A stretch of DNA of 64,000 nucleotides from Heteronotia binoei (GCF_032191835.1 NC_083223.1:163370001-163434000); one strand, 5' to 3'; counted from the stretch's first letter, positions 26,931 through 40,282 are shown. The notes: a model not told the origin generated them from the letters alone. Numbers and translations: made by a program.

Positions 26931-29745
26931 GAGAGGATGGAATGCAATATTTCAGACAGAAAATAATGTAAATCCATGTTTTTACATGTTACACTATGCT
27001 CTTGAAAGGAAGATTAGAGGATGCACCTTAAATTCACAGGTATGTACACTAATTTTAAAAACCTTTTGTGTATGATTTTTTCAAAAAAGGAATAATCTTA
27101 AATTTCGGGATAAGAACATAAGAACATAAGAGAACATAATGTCTTTCTTTGGGTTGTATCTGGTACTACAACACATCAGATTTTATTTTTCACTTTGTGT
27201 ATGAACGGAGTATCCACAGTCAAAAAAGTAGGGGGGGAGGATCAACTGATCAAGATAGTCTTGAGTTTACCTAGGCAAACAAATATCATTACTTGGCAAA
27301 GCACCAATGATAAAATTTCCTCCGAAAAGATGAGGTGCCACAATGATAAAACATGTCCTGGCACTCAACATTCAAATTTCCAGTACTGATAAGCCTCTCA
27401 GTTGTAACAATTCAAAAGGCAAACTGCAACTATTTCCCCCCATTGAAACAACAGGTCAGGTTGTCCCTGTATTTCTGTTGTGAACCACTCTGACGTTCTC
27501 CTAAAACGACAAAGTTGGTTTGTTATTGGATGACCATAGAATCCAGTTGTCAGAAGCCATAGGATGAAACTGAAGTAGGAATAACTCATGCCCTTTAAAA
27601 AAGGTTACATTTTGATTGCTACAGTCAGTGCACTTTCCCAATGTTGTTTTTACAAGGCAGTTGGGGGGTGGGGAATGCTGCTGCTTGCTTTAGCCTACAT
27701 TCTCTGTTCTTGTTCTTTCTCTGGTGCTGAATGATGGCATGAATGAGACCTCCTCTCAGCTGTTGCTCTTCCAACAGTCACTGTAATGAGTTGGAGTTTT
27801 CAGCAAAGGAATCTGCCTCCCATCCACCTCCACTCTGCCATAAATACATGCTCTAACACAATATCATTCTTTAGGCTTTTCTCCTGATGAAGTCAAATGT
27901 CAACCACAACCATCATTCCCATCTTCATGGGGCACATAGTTGCCATTTAATTTGGGGGCTCAAAGTTTTTGGATTTTTTTAAAAAAAACACACTTTTTGT
28001 TCCAAGCTACATATTCCCATATGCATTTGCACCCCTACCTAAATAAAAATGCAGAACTCCAGGAAATATCCTACTCTCAATACTTTATCCATGTAATGAT
28101 TAAAATTGTTGCTTACTGCAACAGGGTGTATTTATGCAAATATGTGGATTTATCACTTATGTTCGCAGACATAATGTTGGCTGTATGTCTTTCATGAGTA
28201 ATTTCCTATTGCATGAGCATGTAATCCAAATAAAGAATCTCAAGCTCTACATGTTTTATTAATAATTTTAATATAATTACAACAGTGGAGGCCAAACAAA
28301 AATTAAATATACACTGAATACAACATTGCAAACTCATTATTTGCAATAGAGTCCGCAAGCATCTATCATTGCATTCTTAGATCAATTTATTTGTTCCAAA
28401 TCTCACAAAAAAATTAAATACTGACTCTATTTCTGGAAGATGTCTGAGCTAACAAAATCTGACATGATTTCTCATTTCTGGCTAAATCCCAGAGTTTCAG
28501 TAATCAACTCCTCCTGGCCTCCAGTGTGATGAAAACTGAGAATAACCAAACAGTATTCCAAACAGTGCCAAAAGCATACAAAATTCTTACATGTATAACT
28601 TCTTCAAAATTACATTCTATCCAGATTTATATATTTTAGATATATTTCCTCTTAATTCAGATTTTATATAAATTTTCTGTTCAATAATCGTTAAACTTTT
28701 GAGTACACTTTGATGCATCTTTTTCTGTTACAAAATGACTATTCTGGAAGTAAATAAGGTTAATTCTGTCCATATTAATAATCAGAAAAGTGACCGTCCA
28801 GCAAAAGCCTGTGTGAGCTCACCTTGTCCACATACTGTCTGATCCCATTAAAATTCTGCTGCAGAAGCCCTTCAAATATAATACTTCAGAGGGGGGAAAC
28901 ATCTGCATGAATTATTTCATCAGTCCCACACTGAAAAACCAATTCCTCACCTTTCAAAATTAGCAACTCCATTTTGTGAAACTTTCATATATTGTGTGAA
29001 ATTCTTGCTGTTACCTGAAGAGCTTGTCTTTGTGTGAGGTCTTGGATGACCTACATCATTAGGTAAAACTTCAGATGAATGAGTCTTTGAAAGGACTTAC
29101 CTGGCATAAAGATGAAGGGAAGAAACCACACTTTTTACTAGTGGTAAAGTTCAAATTGGTAATCACCAGGTTCACATTATGAGTTTCAGCATGAAAGGTG
29201 GGCCTGGCCTGCCTGCTTATTATCTCAGGGTCTCATTTAACCTTTTACACATGCTGGGTTTTCAGTGCCCAAGGTTTTACTTTTGTTAGCTTAAAAACCC
29301 CCAGAAAATTAAATCTCAATATATTTTTTATTTCATCAAAAGATTATGCACACATGAATAGTCTACAGTTTTTGGCTTTGCATGCATTTCTAGTTCTTGT
29401 GGCACATTCTGCTTGTCTCTATTTTTGCTAGATTAATAGCACTGTCCTATCAGTTGTGGAGACATTTGTGAGTTACAATTCTGCCCTGCCATCTATAAGA
29501 ATGGGCCCTACAACTGGGGCTTGGACAATAAACAAGAGAATGAAATCTACAAAGTGAAATCTGAGAAATGAAACTTGAAAAACATGCTCACTGGATCCAT
29601 AAATACTAATAATGCTCAGCACAGTTGTTAGACCAAGTGCCTTGAATTACTGTCTGCTCAGCTCATAAAATTTTACTCTTTCTTTCTGTAAAAGGAAGAA
29701 GCTTTCTTACAACTGTTTAATCAGCAGAAACACAATGCCATATTC

Positions 29746-29879
29746 CAGGGGTGGCCAATGGTAGCTCTCCAGATGTTTTTGCCTACAACTCCCATCAACC
29801 CAGCCAGCATGGCCAATGGCTGGGGCTGATGGGAGTTGTAGGCAAAAAACATCTGGAGAGCTACCGTTGGCCACCCCTG
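29746..29879. mobile_element. Palindromic hAT MITE (134 bp)
   Basis: caggggtggccaatggtagctctccagatgtttttgcctacaactcccatca ... tgatgggagttgtaggcaaaaaacatctggagagctaccgttggccacccctg, a near-perfect hairpin. Confidence 0.9.
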
Positions 29880-30009
29880 CTATACCAACATTTGGCTGCG
29901 TTGAGAAAGGCTAAGCTAGACTTAGAGCGCCAAGTATTATTAATTCTATTTCCTATGTCAAAGGAGGAGAGCTGAATATCACTAATCCCTAACCAAAAAA
30001 TGGTGAAGA

Positions 30010-30200
30010 GGGTTTGAGGATCAGTGGTAGAGCATCTGCTCTGTATGCAGAAGGTCTAGGCTCCATCCCTGGCATCTGCAGTGAAAAAGATCAAGCAATA
30101 AATAATGTGAAAGATGTCTACCCTGGGCAACTGCTATCACTCAGAGGAGCCAATACTGACCTTGAAAGAGCAATGATCTAATTTACTATAAGGCAGCTTC
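30010..30200 (+). mobile_element. tRNA-derived SINE (degenerate)
   Basis: tcagtggtagagcatctgct...gcagaaggtc...ccctggcatct head and a tataaggcagcttc tail. Confidence 0.6.
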
Positions 30201-30566
30201 AGGAGAAAGTAGAACAAGAGTAAATTTCCAGATTAGGAAAAAGGTTAAGGAAGAAACATACCCTTAGTAAAAGCTTTATTGGTCAGTTTTATGTGAAAAC
30301 AGGGGGTTAGACCTTAGATTTTACTCAAGTGTTTCTGTATAAAAATAAGTTGCACTATTAAAAATGTATCAGTGGTTTGAAAAAGTATTTTTGTGCTCCA
30401 AGTCACAGAAACTGACCACTGGCACTTATTAAAACGGTTTTAAAAGCCTGTAATGCTGAATAATAAATAGTTTCACAGTGAGAGTTCTGGTACTAATCAG
30501 TCATCACAACACTATTTATTTTAAATTCATAAGCATAGAGGAAAATTTTCAGTTCAGATGCTACAC

Positions 30567-33500
30567 TTGCAGTGCAATCCTGAACTGCACCTGAGCTGCA
30601 GCAGTTGGCCGCCATGCAACTTTGCCGATAGTCAGCCCCTTACTGGCCAAGTTACATTGTGGCAGAGGAGAGGAAAGTGTAGCTGGCTGCTTGCAAGGCT
30701 GTGTCCATGGTGATTCTGCTGCAGCATGGCCTTGCAGCATACTGTCAAGGTGGGGGTGGCATAAGGGGAGGCGCATAACATCTTTATGCGCCCCCTTGCC
30801 CAGATTGCACGGAGGTATGGGCTGGGTTGCCATCAATATGCAGATGACACTCAGCTCTATCTATTGATGGGCGACCGGGCTGGTGATGTCCCAGCAAATT
30901 TGGACCGGGCACTACAAGCCGTGGCTGACTGGCTCAGGCTGAGCGGGCTGAAGTTGAATCCGGCGAAGACTGAGGTCCTTTGCGTGGGCCGCGGCGGACC
31001 GGGAGGGGAGACTACTTTACCGGCCTTTGACGGTGCGCCACTGGTACCGGTGCGCAGAGTCAAGAGCCTGGGAGTGCTACTGGAGTCCTCGCTATCAATG
31101 GAGGCCCAGGTAGCTGCCACTGCTAGATCCGCCTTCTTCCATCTTAAGAGGGCGAGGCAGTTGGCTCCCTTCCTGGAGCGCGTCGACCTAGCAACTGTGA
31201 TCCACGCAACGGTCACTTCGAGGTTAGACTACTGCAATGCCCTCTACATGGGGCTGCCCTTGTACCGAACACGGAGACTCCAGGTAGTCCAGAACGCGGC
31301 GGCCAGGCTGTTGGAGGGACTACCACGGTGGGAGCCTGCACAGCCTGGGCTGCGCAATCTGCACTGGCTGCCGGTTGTCTACCGTGTTCGCTATAAGGTG
31401 CTGGTTATTACCTTTAAAGCCCTATATGGCCGAGGACCTGCCTACCTAAAGGACCGCCTCTCCCCATATGTACCCCGGAGAGCACTGAGATCTGGTTCCC
31501 AGAATTTATTAACAATCCCTGGGCCAAAAGAAGTTAGGTTGAAGGCCACTAGGGAGCAGGCCTTCTCGGTGATAGCCCCTCGTTGGTGGAATGACCTTCC
31601 AGAGATGGTGCGAGCCCTGCGGGACCTGAACCAATTCCGCAGGGCTTGCAAAACATTTCTTTTTCAATTGGCATTTGAGACATCTTGTGGTATTTGAGAC
31701 AGAACCTGATTAACGAACGAACAGATACTTAGCCATCTTATATACATCAGGACTATATCATTTTAGCACCTATTTTATATGTTTTATGTATTTTAAATAA
31801 CTTATTTGTAATTAATGCTTAAATTGCTATGTTTTATGTGAATCATGGGACTCCCATGTCTGTTATACTGTTTAATGTGAATCATGGGATTCCCATGTCT
31901 GTTAGCCGCCCTGAGCCCGCCTAGCGGGGAGGGCGGGATATAAAAATAAAATATTATTATTATTATTATTTCAGATCAACAGGCGTGACTGGTCCTGGGG
32001 CAATTAGCATTGCATGTGACGGCTGGGGGTGGGGAAGGGCAGCTTAGGAAAGCCCCATTCTCCTCTTCCACTCCACCCTCTTACAGAGACTCATGCCAAC
32101 AGGCACACTGACACCATTATTTGTTTTCCCTGCATGCCAGCATGTTCCATGGGCCAGTCTCCCCCACCCCATACTTCACGTCCATCCACTGCAGTGGCTC
32201 CTGCTACACTGACACAGGGAACCCCCGTGACCCAGTGCCCCTACCAGTGGTACTTGCACATATGCTGTCCTCCTTGAGTGCCAGAGGAATCCCTTTCTAG
32301 AGCAGACACACAGTAAGAAGACTCATCATTCCTCTCTTCTCCGTTCCACGTTCACAACAACCACACCATGAGATTGGTCAGGCTGTGGATCTGGCCCAAA
32401 GCCACCCACCTAGCTTCCATGTTACAAGTGAGGAACTGTCTCTGGGACTCACAGATCCAGCCTCATGCTCTACCTGGCGTAAGCTGGCTTATTCACCCAG
32501 ACCAGCCTCTGCCCCCCTCCCTTCATACAGAAGCCTGTGAGGTGAGCAAGTCCTCCCTCTTAGACATTCCCTCAGTAAACCCACAGAGGGAGTGGCAGAT
32601 GGGGCAGGGAGGGAGTGGGGCAGGGAGGAGTATAGAGCTCTTGCCATGTAGCAAACACCAAGCAGCAGAGACTTTATTGCACGGGGATCCATCCATTTCC
32701 ACTCTGGGGACTGAGGATACCTGGAATGGCATGCACCTAAGTGGGATGGTTTGCTGGACATGAAGCTCTGCTTCAAGAGGAGGGCTGACTGAGAAGAGTG
32801 CATGTGAGGGAAAGACTTGCCATAGGCACAAGCCTCTCTGTTGAATCTCCACCTGCAAGACAGTAAAACAGGGCCATGGCAACTGGATGCCATGCCAGCT
32901 TCAGCCATGGATGTCTTGTTCTGATAGGGTCTGCAAAGACAGACCCATGAAGGGGGGATCACATGATGATCCCCCCTTGAAGCACATGATGGAACCAGTC
33001 AAATCACACTCACCTGTCCTGTGTTGAAGTGTTCCCAGATTGCTTGCAATCCATCTGCCATAGCACTTGCAGCTCAAAGCTGTGATTTGGCAAGGGAATG
33101 ACTTAAAGTAACACTTGCCAAAATGGTTCACCACAAGCAGTGGAGCAGCTGCCAGACTCTACCCACCCACAGACACACTCTTCCCTGCCGAGGGTGGGAA
33201 CAGGCAAATGATGGACCATCTCACAGAAAATTTTCCATGGAAGTTTTCACATCGCATGTCAGGGGCCATGGTGTCACTTGTGCAGCCCCATGCTTGTGCT
33301 CAATGCTAGGCTTCAGTGCAGGAGATGCTGTCACAGTGCCCAGACTCAAGTGAGGGGAGAGGGAGAGCAGGTTTGGGGTGCTTGCCCATACTTACCAGTC
33401 AGTGCACAGATGCCCCTGTGGGTTGAGCCTCCGAAGGTTGAATAACTGTTAGGATTCAGAAATGGGAGAGGTCAGCCAGAGAGTATAGACTTCACTCTCT

Positions 33501-34700
33501 TCCTTGGGTGTCAGCACAAAGTGCTCTCCCTGTAATGCTAAGTGCCCCCTCTCTGCATCTCCCACCACCAAAGTGCCTTACCTCTCACTCTAAGTTCGCA
33601 CAACAGGGAGTTCTGAGACAGAGTCCCTTGCCACACACCCTACCTACTGAGTTGTACATTATCCTGATGGAAGTTTATGTAGGGTTAGGGGAGCCAAGAC
33701 TGGGTGTTGAGGAGGGGGCTTGGCTGCTCCAGGAACTAGGGGACTGGCCAAGGCTGTAGTCAGCATCCTGAGCTCCTCTGTGAGCAACTAGATGCCTCAA
33801 TGGGCCTGTGCTGATGCAAGTGCTAGTTACACCGATACAACTGAGATGTATGCCAACATAGGGATAAGTTTGCTCCCAGAGCACTTTCAGGCTCCCTCCC
33901 CTCAGGATTGCTCTGTCTGGTATAGATGACATCTGTAAAAATCAACAAAACCTCCCAGCATAGGCAGAGAAATGTATAGGTCATGGCATCACTATCAGTA
34001 CATATTACTGGGTAAATCACAGGAACGTGTTTGTAGGTTGTATTCCGAGCCTCACATTTGAAACAGCATCTAGTTCTAATCTCTGTTGGACTAACCAGTT
34101 TTAAATTTCCTGTATTTGGGCTGTTATATTGGTGGCCTTCCAATTCTCTGGTAAGGGAATTGATTTTATTTACAAGTTATGTGTCTGAGGCCCTTAAAAG
34201 ACAGGCCTTTCTCTTTTGAAGGTTTTATTAAAAACCTTAACATAGCGCAAGAGATAAAAAACTGTCTGCAGAAAAGATAGAGATCTGTCTACTCTGTTTC
34301 TTTTCTTTTTTTTTATGAACAGCTTTGACCAAATTTGCATTGTCTTTCTCAGTGTTGTTTGCTCTTTCACATGCAGCAGCATCAGCCAGTTTTAATTTCT
34401 TAGGGGCCCCCTCCTACTCCTCTCCTGATATTTAATCAAAGGTACTCCTTGGCGACATTTATGGCTGTAATGCACGCTCTCCCAAGCAAGCAAAATCCAT
34501 AAGGAATAATAAAGGTTAGTAAGCAGGTGCTGATCCTTCAAGGTGGAAGCATACAGGATGAGTAGGTCCAGGGTTGCCACAAAGGAAAACACAACAGATT
34601 TATGCCAACCCAGTAATACCTTTTGCACTCTAGTCACATAATGTGGGCATTATCACAAGGCTGTCTGGTGAAAGGAGCAGAAATGGGTGGAGTTTGGGCT
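30567..34700. mobile_element. Unclassified GC-rich repeat-like segment (possibly Harbinger-type), split by the L2 at 30777-31971
   Basis: Starts gcagtgcaatcc, is richer in GC than the flanks, and carries several minus-strand splice-site pairs. No matching right TIR or transposase motif was found. Confidence 0.3.
30777..31971 (+). mobile_element. Relatively young 5'-truncated L2 LINE
   Basis: Uninterrupted 303-aa ORF 30786-31697 with HQYADDTQLY, SRLDYCN and LHWLPV. The 3' UTR ends gggcgggatataaaaataaaat(att)n. Confidence 0.93.
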
Positions 34701-34916
34701 TGACTGGAATCCTATGCTTGCTTAAGGGTTGTTCCTGCTTGCAACATTTGTGTAATTTACATTTGCAAAAGACTGCCTTGGAACTCTATGTTCTCCACCT
34801 TCTTGCTTGTCTAGTCTCTTGAGCTCCAGTGGAAGATAAGAATGCAATGCAACTAACCATGTAGACCAGGGGGGTCGAACCCATTTGTTATGAGGGTCGG
34901 ATCTGACATAAATGAG

Positions 34917-35345
34917 TGTCAGAACTTGAAGAACTTCAGACGATTCCCAAACTGGTTACAAAGTATAGGATCTTTATTGAGAACTATAGTGCTGGAGGTA
35001 CGAGATAACAGTAATGCCAGTACTGGCATTTGGTTACATTTTATGTAGTCAGAAGAGATACCATAAAGTCATCTTTCACACGGATTGCAGACAAGTGTCT
35101 CCTTCCCAGGCTCTGTTATCAGGAAGGAGGATATTTCCCTGCTGTGAAGGCCAAGCGGCTTGGCTTCAAAAGGCCACCTGCAGATGTGGACCCTAGGCTA
35201 TCAGATACCCTTCAGTGATCACAGAATATTGCCAGGCTCTGGGATCTGGTGTTAGTTGTTTATACAGCATAGCATGGGTTAGTATCAGGTTACAGCATGG
35301 AGTTGGTCTGGCTAACAGCACATAGGAAAGTTACAAGTTCTGACA
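34917..35345 (-). mobile_element. Solo LTR (429 bp)
   Basis: TGTCAGAACT...AGTTCTGACA termini and a perfect 5-bp TSD atgag (34912-34916 and 35346-35350). aataaa lies on the minus strand near 34975. Confidence 0.88.
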
Positions 35346-35369
35346 ATGAGACCTTGTTGGGCCAGACCA

Positions 35370-38300
35370 TGTCAGGTTGGGCTGAGCACATATCTGCCCA
35401 CAGGACAGAAGTCTTGGGTGTGTGCTCGATGCAAGGAGCTCCTGGTCCTCAGGGAACGAGTTCGTACCCTTGAGGCTGAGGTGACTGACCTGGAGAAGCA
35501 GAGACAGTTAGGCACTCAGAGAAGACTCTTGGGAATGTGTTAGATGAGCCCCGCTCTGAACGTGGCAGCCCCGTTACTGCCAGGGAGCATGAGGGTCGAG
35601 AGGGAACACAGCACCGGGCTGAGGATAAGGGGAATGTGCCCTTGGAAGGGACCTCTTCCTCAGTTGGTGAGCGGGAATCCTTTCGCGCCAAGGAACCATC
35701 CCTGCGCAGGGAGAGAGAGGGGGTCTTAGTAGTTGGTGATTCGATCCTTAGGCAAGTAGACAGCTGGGTGGCAAAACCACGTACTGACTGTATGGTGACT
35801 TGCCTGCCTGGTGCGAAGGTAGCGGACATTACGCGTGTAGTAGATAGACTGATAGACAGTTCTGGGGAGGCGCCAGTGGTCGTGGTGCATGTTGGCACCA
35901 ATGATGTGGGGAAATGCAGTCGCGAGGTCCTGGAGGAAAAATTTAGGCTGCTAGGTGGGAGACTTAAGGCCAGGACCTCCAAGGTAGCCTTCCCAGAAGT
36001 GCAACCTGTTCCACGTGCAGGGCAGGAGAGACAGGCACAAATTAGAAGTCTCAATGTGTGGATGAGACGATGGTGTAAGGAGGAAGGGTTTGTTAGGCAC
36101 TGGGATGCTTTCTGGAACAAGCGGGAGCTGTACAAAAGGGACAGTCTCCACTTGTCCCCAGATGGAACCAGGCTGCTGGAGCTTAAAATCAAAAAGGTGG
36201 CAGAAGAGTTCTTAAACTAAATCTTGGGGAAAAGCCGACAGGAGATGAAATGTCTCTGGTTTGGGAGGACTCATCTCAAAGAGATGAAGGGTTAGCTGTT
36301 ACTTTTCTACCGGGTAATGGATCAGAGTTGTCCACTGAGATGGTGACAAACAAAATGGACTGCCTGCCAGAGTCTCAAGGCGGCAGGAAGAAGGTGGCGT
36401 GCCTAGCTTGCCTGGGAAATTATAGATGTTTGTACACAAATGCTAGAAGTGTTGGAAGGAAAATTGGTGAGTTGGAATGTTTAGTGTTGTGAGAAAACAT
36501 AGACATTGTGGGAATTTCAGAAACTTGGTAGAATGAGGAGAATCAGTGGGACACGGTGATTCCTGGATATAAGTTATATCGGAAGGATAGGGGGAAGGGT
36601 TGGAGGTGGGGTGGCTCTGTATGTCAGAGAGGGCATACAGTCCAGTAAGACTGAGGTCAAAGAATTAGATTCCCTTATAGAAATGCTTTGGGTTGAAATA
36701 GAGGGCCCAAAAGGAAATTTAACTATGGGAGTTTGTTATCGCCCACCAAATCAAAAGTTAGAGGACGACTATAATATGATGGAAGGCTTAAAGATAGTGG
36801 CTAGATGTAAAAACTGTGTCGTCATAAGTGATTTTAACTACCCGCAGATTGATTGGGTCAATATGTGTTCTGGTCGAGAGAAAGAGATTGAGTTTCTAGA
36901 TGCTCTCAATGACTGTGCTATGGAGCAGATGGTCTCTGAACCTACCAGGGGTGGGGCGATTCTGGATTTGGTCTTAAGTAATGCCCAAGACTCCTTTAAG
37001 CGGTGGAAAGCTAGTCCAAGTGAGATTAATAAAAGGGAACACAGGCTGTGGCAAATCAAATGCAAGACTGTGATCAGGCAGGCAAAAAGGGACTATGAGG
37101 AGCATATTGCAAAAAACATAAAGACCAACTATAAAAATGCAAGACTGTGATCAGGCAGGCAAAAAGGGACTATGAGGAGCATATTGCAAAAAACATATTA
37201 GAAGCAGAAAACCAGCCAGGGAGGCAGTGGGGCCCTTGGATGACAAAGGGGTCAAAGGATTACTGAAGGAGGATAGGGAAATGGCTGAGAAGCTGAACGC
37301 ATTTTTTGCCTCCGTCTTCACTGTAGAAGATGAGAAGTGTTTGCCTGCTCCAGAACCACTTATATTGGAAGGGGTGTTGAAAGACCTGAATCAGATTGAG
37401 GTGACAAGAGAGGAGGTCCTACAACTGATAGACGAATTAAAAACTAATAAATCACCAGGTCCAGATGGCATACCTCCAAGAGTTCTGAAAGAACCCAAAG
37501 TTGAACTTGTGAATCTTCTGACAAAAATATGTAATCTTTCATTGAAATCTGCCTCCGTTCCTGAGGACTGGAAGGTAGCAAATGTCACCCCCATCTTTAA
37601 AAAGGGTTCCAGAGGAGATCCGGGAAACTACAGGCCAGTCAGTCTGACTTCAATACTGGGAAAGTTGGTAGAAACCATTATCAAGGACAGAATGAGTAGG
37701 CACATTGCTGAACACAAGTTATTGAGGAAGACTTAGCATGGGTTCTGTAAGGGAAGATCTTGCCTCACTAACCTGTTACATTTCTTTGAGGGGGTGAACC
37801 AACATGTGGACAAAGGAGACCTGACAGATATTGTTTACCTTGACTTCCAGAAAGCTTTTGATAAAGTTCCTCATCAAAGGCTCCTTAGTAAGCTCGAGAG
37901 TCATGGAGTAAAAGGACAGGTCCTCTTGTGAGAGCCAGTTTGGTGTAGTGGTTAAGTGTGTGGACTCTTATCTGGGAGAACTGGGTTTGATTCCCCACTC
38001 CTCCACTTGCACCTGCTGGAATGGCCTTGGGTTAGCCATAGCCCTGGCAGAGGTTGTCCATGAAAGGGCAGCTGCTGTAAGAGCTCTCTTAGCCCCACCC
38101 ACCTCACAGGGTGTCTGTTGTGGGGGAGGAAGGTAAAGGAGATTGTGAGCCGCTCTGAGACTCTTCGGAGTGGAGGGCGGGATATAAATCCAATATCCAA
38201 TATCTTCTTGTGGATCAAAAACTGGCTAATTAATAGGAAGCAGAGAGTGAGTATAAATGGGCAGTCTTCGCAGTGGAGGACGGTAAGCAGTGGAGTGCCG

Positions 38301-39317
38301 CAGGGCTCAGTACTGGGTCCCATACTCTTTAACTTGTTCATAAATGATTTGGAGTTCAGCGTAAGCAGTGAAGTGGCCAAGTTTGCAGATGACACTAAAT
38401 TGTTCAGGGTGGTGAGAACCAGAGAGGATGGTGAGGAACTCCAAAGGGATCTGTTGAGGCTTGGTGAGTGGGCGTCAACGTAGCAGATGAGGTTCAATGT
38501 GGCCAAGTGCAAAGTAATGCACATTGGGGCCAAGAATCCCAGCTACAAATACAAGTTGATGGGGTGTGAACTGGCAGAGACTGACCAAGAGAGAGATCTT
38601 GGGGTCGTGGTAGATAACTCACTGAAAATGTCAAGACAGTGTGCGATTGCAATAAAAAAGGCCAATGCCATGCTGGGAATTATTAGGAAGGGAATTGAAA
38701 ACAAATCAGCCAGTATCATAATGCCCCTGTATAAACCGATGGTGCGGTCTCATTTGGAATACTGTGTGCAATTCCGGTCACCGCACCTCAAAAAGGATAT
38801 TATAACATTGGAAAAAGTGCAGAAAAGGGCAACTAGAATGATTAAAGGTTTGGAACACTTTCCCTATGAAGAAAGGTTAAAACGCTTGGGGCTCTTTAGC
38901 TTGGAGAAACGTCGACTGCGGGGTGACATGATAGAGGTTTACAAGATTATGCATGGGATGGAGAAGGTAGAGAAAGAAGTACTTTTCTCCCTTTCTCACA
39001 ATACATGAACTCGTGGGCGTTCAATGAAATTGCTGAGCAGTCGGGTTAGAATGGATAAAAGGAGGCACTTCTTCACCCAAAGGGTGATTAATATGAGGAA
39101 TTCACTGCCACAGGAGGTGGTAGCAGCTACATGCGTAGCCAGCTTCAAGAGGGGGTTAGATAAAAATATGGAGGTCCATCAGTGGCTATTAGCCGCCGTG
39201 TGTATATATGTGTGTGTGTTTGTGTGTGTGTATAAATTTTTTGGCCACTGTGTGACACAGAGAGTTTGGACTGGATGGGCCACTGGCCTGATCCAACATG
39301 GGTTCTCTTATGTTCTC
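35370..39317 (+). mobile_element. Long CR1 LINE (esterase ORF1, APE-RT ORF2), degenerate
   Basis: ORF1 has SGNH motifs VVGDSIL and HVGTND. ORF2 has YTNARS, DFNYP, SPGPDG, NYRPVSLT, QGSVLGP and KFADD. Contains stops, an internal deletion and a 63-bp duplication. Tail ends ttctcttatgttct. Confidence 0.93.
37930..38205 (+). mobile_element. tRNA-derived SINE (MIR/Squam-like) inserted in the CR1 RT region
   Basis: gagagccagtttggtgtagtggttaag head, L2-like tail, TSD tcttgt (37924-37929 and 38206-38211). Confidence 0.9.
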
Positions 39318-40282
39318 CCCAAGGGAGGAGCTCAGCCAATGGAGAAAACAGAGGTTTTGCTCTGTAGCTCCTGTGCAATTGAGCAAGCCTTGCAAAGCAA
39401 GCTGTTATGCAGAAGGAAGCAAGATATAGGGAGAACGAAGCAGATGACAGCCAGTTGCTCGGGGGCCTGATAGGAGCCCTCCAGGGGCCTGATTCGGCCT
39501 CCAAACTGCATGTTTGACACCCCTGATAGACAATTCTGGCACATCAGCAACAGGAAGTCCCAGCCAGGGAACACAGATTTCATATTTACTCAGCACGTAC
39601 AAAGAGAAGGGTGTTTCCCACCTCCACCTCCATTGCCATACAGATCACACAAAAAACCACATATCCCTCTGTGGTGCTGCCATCTTTTCCCCAGCAGGGC
39701 TGCTGTTTCTCTCCAAAGTGTAAGACAGGCAGTTACACAACAGGTATAGCTGTACTCAGCATGGAGATAAAGTAAAGGGGGGACCTGCGCATGTTGTTTT
39801 CCTGATGGTCACATATCTGTTCCATGTAGGCTAGTTACTCCTGTTCTTCCTGTTGCTTTCAAAACTTAATAGTATCACATGTACTTCTAATAAAAGTTTT
39901 CCTGTTCTTACTTTTAGCATGGTCTGTGTGGACTTTTAGTCCTATAGGAGGTCTGGAATACTTTTCCTATGAATTCCAGGTAAATCTATGAGTTCCAGGT
40001 ACAGGCTTTTCCCCAACATCTGAGCTATGTAGTTTTTGACAGAATGATCCCCGCCCCCAGCCAGCCACTGCAATCCAAAATATCTTCTGAAAGGCGACTC
40101 CTTGGGTCAAGGGATATTTGGGGCTGCAGCAGGAGGTGGAGAAGGTGAGGAAATTATGTTCCAAGAGCAGAAGTCTTCCCCATCCAGGGAAATGCTCTAT
40201 TGACTGCAATCTACGGTCTGGATAGGCTACTGCAGAAACTGCAACTCCTAGTGTGAAATAGGAGAGGACCATGGCTCAATGG

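Larger units (their letters stand above)
34867..39525 (+). mobile_element. hAT MITE split by a solo LTR and a CR1
   Basis: Left TIR caggggggtcgaac (34867) and right TIR gtttgacacccctg (ends 39525). MITE sequence resumes after each insert. Confidence 0.7.

Noticed and set aside
27398-27589. Minus ORF MSYSYFSFILWLL... as the last exon of the ADGRG-like gene
   Set aside because: Only vague hydrophobic similarity, 19 kb from the other candidates with PIGM in between, and no intervening 7TM exons found.
30786-31697. 303-aa ORF as a domesticated gene
   Set aside because: It is the 3' part of L2 ORF2 in a 5'-truncated copy with its tail intact. Youth explains the open frame.
37930-38000. Functional tRNA genes at SINE heads
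   Set aside because: Only A/B-box-like heads without a cloverleaf, and each is attached to a SINE body.
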